Below, piece after piece: positions 40,801 to 53,052 of a stretch of 64,000 nt of DNA. The number at the start of each line of letters is the position of its first letter. Positions within the stretch are counted from its first letter, which is position 1. This DNA is from Candidatus Latescibacterota bacterium. GTDB taxonomy: Bacteria > Latescibacterota > UBA2968 > UBA8231. The notes under the pieces are model-generated. The model did no database searches. It saw nothing but the letters and a program-made list of their open reading frames with translations, and had not been told where the DNA came from. A program made the position numbers and the translations under genes. The DNA is taken from assembly GCA_965248355.1 (NCBI GenBank), contig OZ252098.1, forward strand, positions 3,968,001 to 4,032,000, written 5' to 3'.

Positions 40801-40924
40801 CGACCACCAGGCGCTCTGGGACGGCCTCGACGCCCGGGGGCGGCCCCTGGCCAGCGGCGCCTACTTGGTCCGCCTGCGCAGCGGTCGATCCGTGGACGAG
40901 CGCAAGATCGCGCTGCTGAAGTAG
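37898..40924 (+). CDS. Secreted FG-GAP/VCBS-repeat protein with FlgD-Ig-like C-terminal domain
   Basis: Signal peptide; many DxDGDGxxE repeats; C-terminal PNPFN...WDG.D..GRPLASGAYLVRL. Confidence 0.85.
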   Translation: MRVLGTLLLLLTVGAALPAAAEASGWLQLRGDRHMSGHADGTGRMGDGPPVEAWRHDIAAWEGYASVTQGAGEPLLQLPFPGGFDAGWIGREQAAWGLGGPLHDMAGDGTLVRMPVDNLFKVAKVLADVPGLQRFEMGDSFSDGGAEPKRGRLLAWDTGEPRVVWETEPFEDTWAPNVLVVDADDDGQLDLAVATHYRILVFDGATGATMMEFRYHGYRNYGHFAAADIDEDPFPEFAVVADFSMHAEVIDNDGSRLTLRWIREIQPDPAQSTKVVRPRPSTFLDADGDGRVEVVYSVYDDTGDRRWHTIAVDALSGETVYDFPGQYLHGLHDIDADGRPEWFLSEAEGEALPPHAPLSVRTLDDGSYLERWRHDRGAFSSRLVDELPLTVSTSAADGLRTAVTGDADGDGRAGFFVVTPAGEGEALTAWGADAGGTVQALWTLQGPAGAGPQAAAVAAGEGEPATLVWWKGRGGAGQSLQVEGAGARLHQFSRQAFTPAGTPVVADLDGDGRVEVVVQTANEEVLCLEAPRSGGEGPRVRWQMQGHGQTNNAPYHWGVVAADLDGDGSLETLFAREAPGGNASLAAVTAEGQVRWQTVFDGFDGSMPIWNFSGLSYWNAGHFREAGRKDVFVTLRRGKIGSEVGFLLDGGTGAVVWERNGYTLPADGSGRSLGGHPSAAGDVDGDGLEEIVVMWPDRLHVIDGVTGEAEAVRQAYGYTDGLSPMFSSDGFVGYAFPAVVDLFGDSAPELIWGHSGYLNAVLAADGDAYWQTEYHNNTQVQSLMAPGDADGDGDWELLASTREGVQLIEPEDGAVLRELDLGPASTDVISGDLDGDGRDEFLFGLGAGLAMVELEAGGLRRAWTLETGGRPSDPALADVDADGFLDLVAATTDGYVKAWTAGAPGTAVTGPLAVRPEAVRLEAPWPNPFNHRVTLAYRIERAGPVVLEVCTMTGQRLLRLVDGWRPAGDHQALWDGLDARGRPLASGAYLVRLRSGRSVDERKIALLK

Positions 40925-40977
40925 GTTCCCTGGGAGCAGCTCTCGTGGCGAGACCCCAGGGGAGGGGGCCCGCGGTC

Positions 40978-42351
40978 TCAGGCCACCCAGTAGGAGTAGA
41001 GCCGGGCGTTGACCAGGTGGAACCGGAGCCGCACCGGCCGCGGCGGCAGGCCCCCGGCTCCCCACCAGCGGACCGGCAGGTCGACGCCGTCCTCCTCGAC
41101 GGGGACGCAGCGGCCGGCGCCGTACCCCGGCAGGACGCGCTCCTCCTCGTCGAGCAGCTCCACCCGCAGCGACCCGTGGTCCGCCTTGGCGTTGACCCGC
41201 AGCCCGCCGCCCGCCAGCTCGAAGGGCCGCGTCGTCAGGCGGCCGCCATCGAAGCTGCCGGCCACCGAGGCGAAGCCGTCCAGGCGCAGGAAGGCCAGGC
41301 CGATGGACATCGTCCCCGGATGCTGGTCGGCGGTGATCCGGGGGTCGAACTCGCGCGGGATCTTGGCGTGCCGGCGGGGCGTGCCCCGGTAGTAGATGTG
41401 CAACCGGTCGCCCACGGCGATGGGGGGCGCTCCGGTGAGCATGATCTGGAAGCGGTCCCACTCGCCGATGCCGCCCAGCCCGACGAGGGGCTCGGCCGGC
41501 GCCCGGGTCCACCGTTCGCCGTCGCGGCTGGTCAGCAGCTGCAGGGTCTGGGTCTGCCGCAGGGGGTGCTTGTCGAAGTGGGTGAGAAAGCCCAGGTAGT
41601 GGGCGCCGCAGGGGAACCCGGTGTTGTTGTAGAGGGCCTCGAGCTCGTGCAGGGGCGCCAGGAAGGGCCGCGGCGGGCTCCAGGCGACGAAGTCGCGGCT
41701 GAAGCTCAGCAGGCGCTCGGGCTGGCCCCGCAGAAAGGCGACGTAGCGCCCGGCCTCGGTGTCGATCATCAGCGACTGGGCGTCGCCCACCGGACCCAGG
41801 TCGCCGGTGCCGGGCCGCGGGTGAAAGCGGAACAGGGGATCCGGCGAGTGCTCCCAGCGCCGGCCGTCGGTCGAGGTGGCGGAGTAGATGCCGGACCGCG
41901 GGCCCTCCCAGTCGCAGCTCGACCAGCCCAGGGCCTTGTAGCGGCGCTCCGGGTCCGGGTCGAGGGGGTCCTTCAGCATCGACTCCCAGTGGTCCTGGCC
42001 GTCGTGGTGGCTGGCCGGGATGACGATGTTGTTGCGCCTCGATCCCAGGGCCTCGTGCAGCCTCAGCTCGGGCCGCTCCCAGTGGATGCCGTCGGGGGAG
42101 GTGGCCAGGCACTGCACGTGGCCGCAGCCCTCCTCGTAGTGGCCGGCCATGTACCAGGCCTTGAAGAGGCCCTCCTCGTCGTCGAAGACCACCGACGCCG
42201 TCATCCCCGTGTGGCGTTCCCACGCCGCCTCCTGCCGCAGCACGGGCCCCGGGTGTTTGACGGCGGCGTGGAAGAGGCGCTCCACGTTCTCGGCCCCGTC
42301 CACGTCGTCCATGTCGACGAACAGGCGCTTGCGGTGATCGAGGGTCTGCAC
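40978..42351 (-). CDS. GH32/GH130-like beta-propeller hypothetical glycoside hydrolase
   Basis: ATSPDGIHW, STDGRRW, SRDFVAW, SRDGERW repeats; C-terminal LRLDGFAS...ARLYSYW. Confidence 0.65.
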   Translation of the reverse strand: MQTLDHRKRLFVDMDDVDGAENVERLFHAAVKHPGPVLRQEAAWERHTGMTASVVFDDEEGLFKAWYMAGHYEEGCGHVQCLATSPDGIHWERPELRLHEALGSRRNNIVIPASHHDGQDHWESMLKDPLDPDPERRYKALGWSSCDWEGPRSGIYSATSTDGRRWEHSPDPLFRFHPRPGTGDLGPVGDAQSLMIDTEAGRYVAFLRGQPERLLSFSRDFVAWSPPRPFLAPLHELEALYNNTGFPCGAHYLGFLTHFDKHPLRQTQTLQLLTSRDGERWTRAPAEPLVGLGGIGEWDRFQIMLTGAPPIAVGDRLHIYYRGTPRRHAKIPREFDPRITADQHPGTMSIGLAFLRLDGFASVAGSFDGGRLTTRPFELAGGGLRVNAKADHGSLRVELLDEEERVLPGYGAGRCVPVEEDGVDLPVRWWGAGGLPPRPVRLRFHLVNARLYSYWVA

Positions 42352-42433
42352 GTTTCTGACAGTAGGACAATGCCCGTGGCATGGACAGCCGCATCGATTG
42401 CGGCCATCCATCCTCCCTTGCCGGAGCACCGCC

Positions 42434-43327
42434 GTGACCACCTTTCGGGTCGAGCGCCTCTCCCCCGGACCCATCATCCACGCCCGCCTCCCGGCTCTGG
42501 AGGGCCGGCGCGGTGCCAACATCAACGGGCCGGCCCTGATCCGCGTGCCCCCGTGGATCCGGCGGCCCCTGGGACGCTACTACCTCTACTTCGCCCACCA
42601 CCACGGCCACTACCTGCGCATGGCCTGGGCCAACGAGCTCACGGGGCCGTGGACGGTGTTCCCGGAGCCCGGCGTCCTGCACATGGATCAGGGCCCCGGC
42701 ATCGGGCACATCGCCAGCCCCGACGTGCACGTGGACACGGCGGAACGCCGGCTGCGCATGTACTTCCATCAGCCCACGGAGAGGGCCGGACAGCGGTCGT
42801 ACGCGGCCCTGTCCGAAGACGGCCTGCATTGGCAGGTGCGGTCCGTCGACCTGGGGCCGTCGTACTTCCGCGTGTTCCCTTACCACGGCCGATTCTACGC
42901 CTATGCGATGAGGCCGAGCCCGGGCGGCGGCCTGTTCCTGCGCTCCGTCGACGGGCTCACGGCCTTCGAGGAGGGGCCGGCCATCCTGCCCGGCTGCCGC
43001 CACGCCGCCGCCTGGGTCGAGGGCGGCACCCTGCACCTGTTCTTCTCCCGCAAGGGAGACTCGCCGGAGCGCATCCTCGTGTCGGCGGTGGACCTGACAA
43101 GGCCATGGGAGACCTGGCAGCCGGGTCCCGAGAGGCTGGTGCTGCGGCCGGAGCTGGACTGGGAGGGTGCGCGGGCCCCGGTCGAGCCGTCGAGCTCCGG
43201 CGCCGTGCGGGGGCTCGTGCACCAGCTGCGAGACCCCGGGATCTACGAGGAGGACGGCCGGCTCTACCTGCTGTACTCAGGCTCCGGCGAGCGGGCCCTG
43301 GGCATCGCCAGGCTGCACCGCGGCTGA
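42434..43327 (+). CDS. GH43-like beta-propeller protein
   Basis: NINGP, YYLYFAHH.G.YLR, HIASPDV, QLRDPGIY, LGIARL. Confidence 0.65.
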   Translation: MTTFRVERLSPGPIIHARLPALEGRRGANINGPALIRVPPWIRRPLGRYYLYFAHHHGHYLRMAWANELTGPWTVFPEPGVLHMDQGPGIGHIASPDVHVDTAERRLRMYFHQPTERAGQRSYAALSEDGLHWQVRSVDLGPSYFRVFPYHGRFYAYAMRPSPGGGLFLRSVDGLTAFEEGPAILPGCRHAAAWVEGGTLHLFFSRKGDSPERILVSAVDLTRPWETWQPGPERLVLRPELDWEGARAPVEPSSSGAVRGLVHQLRDPGIYEEDGRLYLLYSGSGERALGIARLHRG

Positions 43328-43343
43328 GCCTGGTGAGGTCCGG

Positions 43344-44123
43344 CTACTGGGCGGTGTAGCCGCCGTCCACGGGTATCGCCGCGGCCACGATGAAGCTCGC
43401 TTCGTCGGAAGCGAGAAAGGCGATGACCCGGGCGATCTCCTCCGGCTGCCCCATGCGTCCGAGGGGGTGGAGGCGCCGCATGGTGGCGTGGACCTCGGCG
43501 TCGCCGGTGACGTTGGCGGTGAGCGGCGTGTACACGAAGCCGGGACAGACGGCGTTGATGCGGATGCCCTCGGCTGCCAGCCGCACGCCCATGTCGCGGG
43601 TGAGCTGCACGATGGCCCCCTTGCTGTGCGGATAGGGGGTGAACCCGTCCGAGAAGGGCAGGGAGGTGGGATATCCCACCAGGCCCATGACGGAGGCGAG
43701 GTTGACGATGGCGCCGCCGCCCGTCCTGCGCATCTCCTTGACCGCGGCGTGGCACATGAGGAAGGTTCCACGGGCGTTGACCCGCATCACCGCGTCCCAG
43801 CGCTCGTCGAAGTCGGCGTCCGGATCGACGGTGCGCGGCGTGATGCCGGCGCTGTTCACGAGGATGTCCAGGCCGCCGAAGGCGCTCGCCGTCTCGGCCA
43901 CGATCCGTTCGCTGTCGGCGCGCTCGGCCACGTCGGCGCGGATCGTCCGCAGGCGGCCGGCGGGCGCCTCCACCTCCCCGGCCAGGGCCTCCAGGGCGCC
44001 GGGGTCGATGTCGGCGGCGGCGACGCGGGCCCCGTCCTCAAGGAAGCGGTGCACCGTGGCGCGGCCGATGCCCGACCCGGCGCCGGTGACGATGGCCGCC
44101 CTGTCCTCGAGCCTGTGAGTCAT
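43344..44123 (-). CDS. Short-chain dehydrogenase/reductase
   Basis: TGAGSGIG, LVNSAG, YPHSKG (YxxxK), NAVCPG, PVDGG. Confidence 0.92.
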   Translation of the reverse strand: MTHRLEDRAAIVTGAGSGIGRATVHRFLEDGARVAAADIDPGALEALAGEVEAPAGRLRTIRADVAERADSERIVAETASAFGGLDILVNSAGITPRTVDPDADFDERWDAVMRVNARGTFLMCHAAVKEMRRTGGGAIVNLASVMGLVGYPTSLPFSDGFTPYPHSKGAIVQLTRDMGVRLAAEGIRINAVCPGFVYTPLTANVTGDAEVHATMRRLHPLGRMGQPEEIARVIAFLASDEASFIVAAAIPVDGGYTAQ

Positions 44124-44230
44124 GGGCGCAAAGGTAGCCCGCCCGCACCCGTCAGTCAGAAAACGACGGCCGCACCGGGCCGCCGAAGGCCCGGCGCCAA
44201 CGGCCGTCCCCATTCGACAGGAGCTCCTCG

Positions 44231-45697
44231 ATGCGCTGCATCATGGTGATGTTCGACTCCCTCAACCGGCACATGCTGCCGCCCTGCAGCCCCGACACCT
44301 GGGTCCAGGCGCCCAACTTCCGCCGCCTCGCCGAGCGCGCCGCCACCTTCTCCACCAGCTACGTCTGCTCCATGCCGTGCATGCCGGCGCGCCGCGACCT
44401 GCACACGGGGCGGCCCAACTTCCTGCACTGTCCCTGGGGCCCCCTGGAGCCCTTCGACGACTCGGTGCCGCAGATGCTGCAGGAGGCCGGCGTCTACACC
44501 CACCTGTGCTCCGATCACTACCACTACTGGGAGGACGGCGGCGCCACCTACCACGGCCGCTACAGCTCCTGGGAGTTCTACCGCGGCCAGGAGGGAGACC
44601 CTCACATCGGCCAGGTCGCCGATCCCGAGGTGCCCGACAACCTCAACCAGAAGGGGCGGCGCAGCGACTGGGTCAACCGCCCCTTCCAGCGCCGCGAGGC
44701 CGACCTGCCCCAGAGCCGCACCTTCGACGCCGGGTGCCGCTTCATCGAGGCCAACGCCGGCCAGGACGACTGGTTCCTGCAGCTGGAGTGCTTCGACCCC
44801 CACGAGCCCTTCGTCAGCAACCGCCGCTACCAGGACCTCTACCCCTCCGACTACACCGGACCCCTCTTCGACTGGCCGTCGTACGGTCCCGTCCGCGAGA
44901 CCCCCGAGCAGGTGGCCGAGCTGCGCCGCAACTACGCCGCCCTCGTGTCCAAGTGCGACGCCAGCCTCGGCGACGTCCTCGACCTCATGGACCGGCACCG
45001 CATGTGGGAGGACACCATGCTCGTCCTGTGGACGGACCACGGCTTCCTGCTCGGCGAGCACGGCGGCTACGCCAAGAACTGGCCGCCCCTGTACGAAGAG
45101 CTGAGCCACACCCCGTTCTTCGTCTGGGATCCGCGCAGCCCGGAGGCGGCGGGACAGACCCGCGGCGCCCTGGTGCAGCCGGCCATCGACCTGGGGCCGA
45201 CGCTGCTGGGCCTCTTCGGCCAGGAGCCCACGCCCCGCATGCTGGGCCGCGACCTGGCCGGCGTCGTGGCCGAGGACCGGCCCGTGCGCGACGCCGCCAT
45301 CTTCGGCTACCACGGCAACCGCGTGAACGTCACCGACGGCCGCCACGTCTACTACCGGACCTGCCGCACCCCCGACAACCAGCCCCTGAACGCCTATACC
45401 CTCCTGCCCACGGCGATGCGCGGCTTCAAGGGCCGGCTGCCGGAGGCCGAGCTGGGCGACGCCTTCTCCTTCACCCGGGGGATGCGCCCGCTGCGTCTGC
45501 CGGCGGGAGGCAACATCTCCCAACCCGTGGAGGGCGACGTGGGCGACCTGCTCTACGACGTGCAGGCCGATCCGCGGCAGCAGAATCCCCTTGACGATCC
45601 GGACGTGGTGGAGCGGCTCAGCGGCCGCATGGCGGAGCTCATGGCCGAGTGCGATGCCCCGGAAGAGCAGTTCGAGCGCATGGGGCTGAGGCGCTGA
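44231..45697 (+). CDS. Sulfatase (formylglycine-dependent)
   Basis: CMPARRDLHTGR (CxPxR), DPHEPF, TDHGFLLGEH. Confidence 0.92.
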   Translation: MRCIMVMFDSLNRHMLPPCSPDTWVQAPNFRRLAERAATFSTSYVCSMPCMPARRDLHTGRPNFLHCPWGPLEPFDDSVPQMLQEAGVYTHLCSDHYHYWEDGGATYHGRYSSWEFYRGQEGDPHIGQVADPEVPDNLNQKGRRSDWVNRPFQRREADLPQSRTFDAGCRFIEANAGQDDWFLQLECFDPHEPFVSNRRYQDLYPSDYTGPLFDWPSYGPVRETPEQVAELRRNYAALVSKCDASLGDVLDLMDRHRMWEDTMLVLWTDHGFLLGEHGGYAKNWPPLYEELSHTPFFVWDPRSPEAAGQTRGALVQPAIDLGPTLLGLFGQEPTPRMLGRDLAGVVAEDRPVRDAAIFGYHGNRVNVTDGRHVYYRTCRTPDNQPLNAYTLLPTAMRGFKGRLPEAELGDAFSFTRGMRPLRLPAGGNISQPVEGDVGDLLYDVQADPRQQNPLDDPDVVERLSGRMAELMAECDAPEEQFERMGLRR

Positions 45698-45729
45698 GCC
45701 CTCGCCCGGACGGATGGACCGGGCTCGGC

Positions 45730-46305
45730 TCAGCCCCCCTCGGCGATCATGGTCTCGGCCAGGGCGAAGCAGCAGGAGGAGCGGGGCCTGCCGAGCGTCG
45801 GGGCCCAGATGTCGCGCAGGTAGGGCCCGCCTCCCACGTCCCGCCCGTCGAGCTCGATCGAGCCGCCGCCGGCGAAGACCAGGACCGTGAAGACGATGCG
45901 CGGGTGGGCGGTGGGCGGTCCCACGAGGGGCGGGTCCAGGTCCCGCCAGGAGACGGCGATGCGGCGGTCGGCAGCGAGGATCTCCCAGACCGGCTCGGTG
46001 CGCATGTCGCCGCCCGGGGACAGACGGGCGTCGATGACGGCCATGCCGCGGTCGAAGGGCGAGGACGGGACGACCTGCGTCTGGCGCACGAACTCGGCGA
46101 AGTCACGGTTGTCCGTGCACAGACCGGTGAACCCGTCGCCGCCGGGGATCTGCACGAAGGCGGCGGTGCCGGCGCCGGCGGGCGACGTGTCGCCGCGGTA
46201 GAGACTGACCATGCCGGTGTGGTCCGGCCGCCCGGGCCGGCGCAGGTAGGCGATCCAGTGCTGGCCCGACCAGAGCAGGCCGCCGCGGGACAGGGAAGCG
46301 GGCAT
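45730..46305 (-). CDS. Hypothetical protein
   Basis: 191 aa with globular composition; the only plausible ORF in the gap. Confidence 0.6.
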   Translation of the reverse strand: MPASLSRGGLLWSGQHWIAYLRRPGRPDHTGMVSLYRGDTSPAGAGTAAFVQIPGGDGFTGLCTDNRDFAEFVRQTQVVPSSPFDRGMAVIDARLSPGGDMRTEPVWEILAADRRIAVSWRDLDPPLVGPPTAHPRIVFTVLVFAGGGSIELDGRDVGGGPYLRDIWAPTLGRPRSSCCFALAETMIAEGG

Positions 46306-46382
46306 GGGCGGACAGGCTATCCCGGCGCCCGGGGCCGGTCAAGCTCGTTTGACATCCGCAAGGGCCGCGTTCTTCGTACGCC

Positions 46383-46412
46383 GGCTCGACACTTCCAGGC
46401 TCGACACTTCCA
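46383..46412. repeat. Perfect 15-bp tandem repeat upstream of acnA
   Basis: GGCTCGACACTTCCA twice, ending 17 bp before the ATG. Confidence 0.9.
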
Positions 46413-46429
46413 ATGGACAAGGGATTCCC

Positions 46430-49111
<2,682 letters not shown>

Positions 49112-49125
49112 GCTTCGGCTCGACG

Positions 49126-50303
49126 ATGGCCAACCCCAACGTCCAGCCCCTCGCCCAGGACTTCGCCATCGCCGCCCGCGTGCCCGACCCCGGGAGGTAC
49201 TTCTTCCACGACCCGGACATGACCCGCCTCGACGACGGCACGCTGCTGATCGCGGCCCCCGAGTGGGGCCGTCCCGGCCGCGGCACGGGCCGCCACCTGC
49301 GGATGCTGCGCAGCTCCGACGGCGGCGCGACCTGGGAGGAGCTGCCGGCCCTGCCCTACGAGGAGGGGACGCCCCTCGTCCTCGACGGGGAGCTCTACCT
49401 CTTCGCCCAGGAGACCTGCCACAAGGATGTCCTCATCGCCCACAGCCGCGACCGGGGGCGGACCTGGTCCGAACCGGTGCGGGTCCTCGAGGGGCCCCTG
49501 TGGAACATCTCCACGGCCATGCTGCTCAGGCCCGATTGCGTCTACTGGTGCATGGACCGCGACCTGCCCGACCGCACCCACGGAGGCAAGGTGATGGTCC
49601 GCATCGACCGGAGGAAGTCGCCCCTGGACCCCGCCGCCTGGAGCCTGTCCAACATCGTCGAGGCGCCCCCTCTGCCCGCCTCCCTGACGCGGGGCCTCTA
49701 TCCCGAAGGGCAACGGGCCGACCTGAACCGCGGCTGGCCGGACCCCCTCGTCTGGCTGGAGCCCAACACCGTGGAGGTCGGCTCCCGGATCCGGGTGTTC
49801 ACCCGCTGCGTCATCGACGAGTACGCCACTGCCAACGGCGCCGCCGTCCTCGACTACGATCCGGAGGCGAACCGGCTCGCCTTCACCCAGTTCGCCGGCT
49901 GGCCGGGCGCCCAGTGCAAGTTCTACCTGATCCACGACCGGGAGAGCCGTATGTACTGGATGCTGAGCAACCTGGCCACGAACTCCCAGGACCTGCTCGG
50001 GTGGGGGGCGCGCATGCGCGAGACGGGCTACCACGGAGGCCCCGGCAACGAGCGCCGGTGGCTGTTCCTGCACTACGGCGTCGACTGCCTCAACTGGTTC
50101 CCCGCCGGCTGCGTGGCGCGCTGGCCGGACAGCGTCCACCGCAGCTTCATGTACCCGAGCGCCGTCGTCGACGGCGACGACTTGGTCGTCCTGTCGCGCA
50201 CGACCCGCGACTCGGGGGACCAGCACGACGCCGACCTGTGCACCGTCCACCGGGTGCGCGGCTTCCGCGCCCTGGCCATGGACCTGCACCGCGGCGGCCT
50301 GGC

Positions 50304-50307
<4 letters not shown>
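49126..50307 (+). CDS. BNR/Asp-box sialidase-like propeller protein
   Basis: Asp boxes SSDGGATW and SRDRGRTW; YPSAVVDGDDL. Confidence 0.65.
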
Positions 50308-51425
<1,118 letters not shown>

Positions 51426-51487
51426 AAGGACACCGGGGCCTTCGAAGGGACCCTGGAGGCGTCGAACCGGGAAGGGACAATGATCCA

Positions 51488-51524
51488 TTGACGCGGCGGC
51501 CAAACGTAGTCTATATTGGACTAC
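51488..51524 (+). promoter_or_regulatory. Toxin-antitoxin promoter with operator palindrome
   Basis: TTGACG-N18-TATATT; inverted repeat GTAGTC-N7-GACTAC (51506-51524) straddles the -10 box. Confidence 0.65.
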
Positions 51525-51547
51525 AATGACAACCAGATAGCGGAGCT

Positions 51548-51832
51548 ATGACCGCCCGACACTCAGAATCCCACCGCGTTTGGACCGTCGCCGAGGCCAA
51601 GGCGCGTTTGTCCGAAGTCCTGCGTCGCGCCGAAGAGGAAGGGCCTCAACATATCGGCAGGCGAAAATCCTTCGTTGTAGTCCCCGCCCACGTATGGGCC
51701 GAGAAAGAGTCGCAGCGCCAACCCATGGGCCAGTGGTTGGTAGCCAACATGCCCCGTGGCGCGAACCTCGAGATCACCAGAAATAGAGAATCCCGGCGGG
51801 AAATCCCATTCGCGTCTGAAGACACAGGGTGA
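51548..51832 (+). CDS. Phd/YefM-family antitoxin
   Basis: WTVAEAKARLSEVLRRAEEEGPQ.I; GTGA overlap with the PIN gene. Confidence 0.88.
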   Translation: MTARHSESHRVWTVAEAKARLSEVLRRAEEEGPQHIGRRKSFVVVPAHVWAEKESQRQPMGQWLVANMPRGANLEITRNRESRREIPFASEDTG

Positions 51833-52248
51833 GCGGGTTTCTTCTGGACACCAATGTGGTCTCGGAGTTGACAAAAGACGCGCCAAATCCGCGGGTTCTC
51901 GCATTCCTGACCGAACAAGACGACTTGTGGTTATCCGCGATAGTGTTGCATGAGCTGGAGTTCGGCTTGCAACTGCTGCCGCCGGGACAACGTCGCGACG
52001 GGTTGCGGTCGGTGCTGTCAGAGTTCATTTCGGCGTATGAGGACCGCATCCTGCCCTTGGAGAGGACGGGGGCGGAGCGGGCTGCCCAATTCCGGGCGCA
52101 GGCGCATCGCTCCGGTCGCGTGCTGGACTTGGGGGATGCGCTGATCGCCGGGACAGCCAAAGGTCATGGCCTCTCTGTTGCGACGCGGAACGTCGGGGAC
52201 TTCGCGGATCTGGCCGTCGGCGTCACCAACCCATGGGAGACGCCTTGA
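51829..52248 (+). CDS. vapC: VapC PIN-domain toxin
   Basis: FLLDTNVVSEL, ELEFG, DALIAGTA, ATRNVGDF. Confidence 0.92.
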   Translation: MSGFLLDTNVVSELTKDAPNPRVLAFLTEQDDLWLSAIVLHELEFGLQLLPPGQRRDGLRSVLSEFISAYEDRILPLERTGAERAAQFRAQAHRSGRVLDLGDALIAGTAKGHGLSVATRNVGDFADLAVGVTNPWETP

Positions 52249-52346
52249 CTACCCTACACGGGGGGCCTCGCCATCGTCGCCGGCACGCCCAGGCTCGAGG
52301 CGGCGCGCAGGTTCGTCCACTTCGCCTCCACGGCCCGGCCATCGCC

Positions 52347-52553
52347 GACGTGGGCCGCTACATCGCCTACGGCCCCACGCGCCGCTCGGCCATGACCCTG
52401 ATCTACACCCACGCCGAGAAGGGCGTGGAGATGAATCCCCACATGCCCACGAGCGAGCAGAATGCCAGGCGCGCCCTGCACAACAACTGGGAGTGGTGGA
52501 GCGACCACGGCGACGAGATGAACGAGCGTTTCAGCACCTGGCTGGCTCGGTAG
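52347..52553 (+). repeat. potD 3'-end repeat, copy 2 (with about 100 bp of extra frameshifted potD-like sequence upstream)
   Basis: 207-bp match; upstream 52245-52346 reads GGLAIVAGTPRLEAARRFVHFAST in another frame. Confidence 0.95.
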
Positions 52554-52638
52554 CGAGGAGAGGGTTGATAGCGATGCTCATTGTGCCTGACAGGCTGATC
52601 GACGCTACCTTCAATGCTATGCCGGAGGACACCCGATA

Positions 52639-53052
52639 GTGCGCGCCCCTCGACGCAGGCGGCCTCGAAAACGGGACCTTTGCGTGCCACCCGGCACCCA
52701 CCTGCACAGCTTGGCCGAGCGGGTCCGGTACGAAGGCAGCCCGGAACACAAGGATTTTCCCAGTTTTGCGGGGCAGCCCCGCCTGCGGAGTGACGCTTCC
52801 TGTTGCCCCCGGGAAATCAAGGACCAAGAGGTGGTCTGTGAATGGCTGCGCAGTGCTATTCGCAGGGGCGCCACGGGAGCACCTTGGGAGGGAAGCTTCC
52901 CACGCTACGTGTGGTACAAGCACGGGGGCATGGTCTTTGAGGGCCGGCTTGTGAACCGGGGAACGGGATCCTACAAGGGCTACCCGCTCGACAGGGAGGA
53001 GTGGCCGGACGGGATCGAGGAGATCTATGCAGAAGCTCAAGTTCGAGATTGA
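52639..53052 (+). CDS. Hypothetical small protein, putative toxin/effector
   Basis: 137 aa; YEGSPEHK, FPRYVW, YKGYPL; overlaps the next gene by 26 nt; lower GC than the backbone. Confidence 0.7.
   Translation: MRAPRRRRPRKRDLCVPPGTHLHSLAERVRYEGSPEHKDFPSFAGQPRLRSDASCCPREIKDQEVVCEWLRSAIRRGATGAPWEGSFPRYVWYKHGGMVFEGRLVNRGTGSYKGYPLDREEWPDGIEEIYAEAQVRD

Noticed and set aside
35444..43222. 2592-aa minus-strand ORF
   Set aside because: High-GC shadow frame crossing four better-supported genes; only the last 260 aa (from ATG 36226 with RBS) look like real protein
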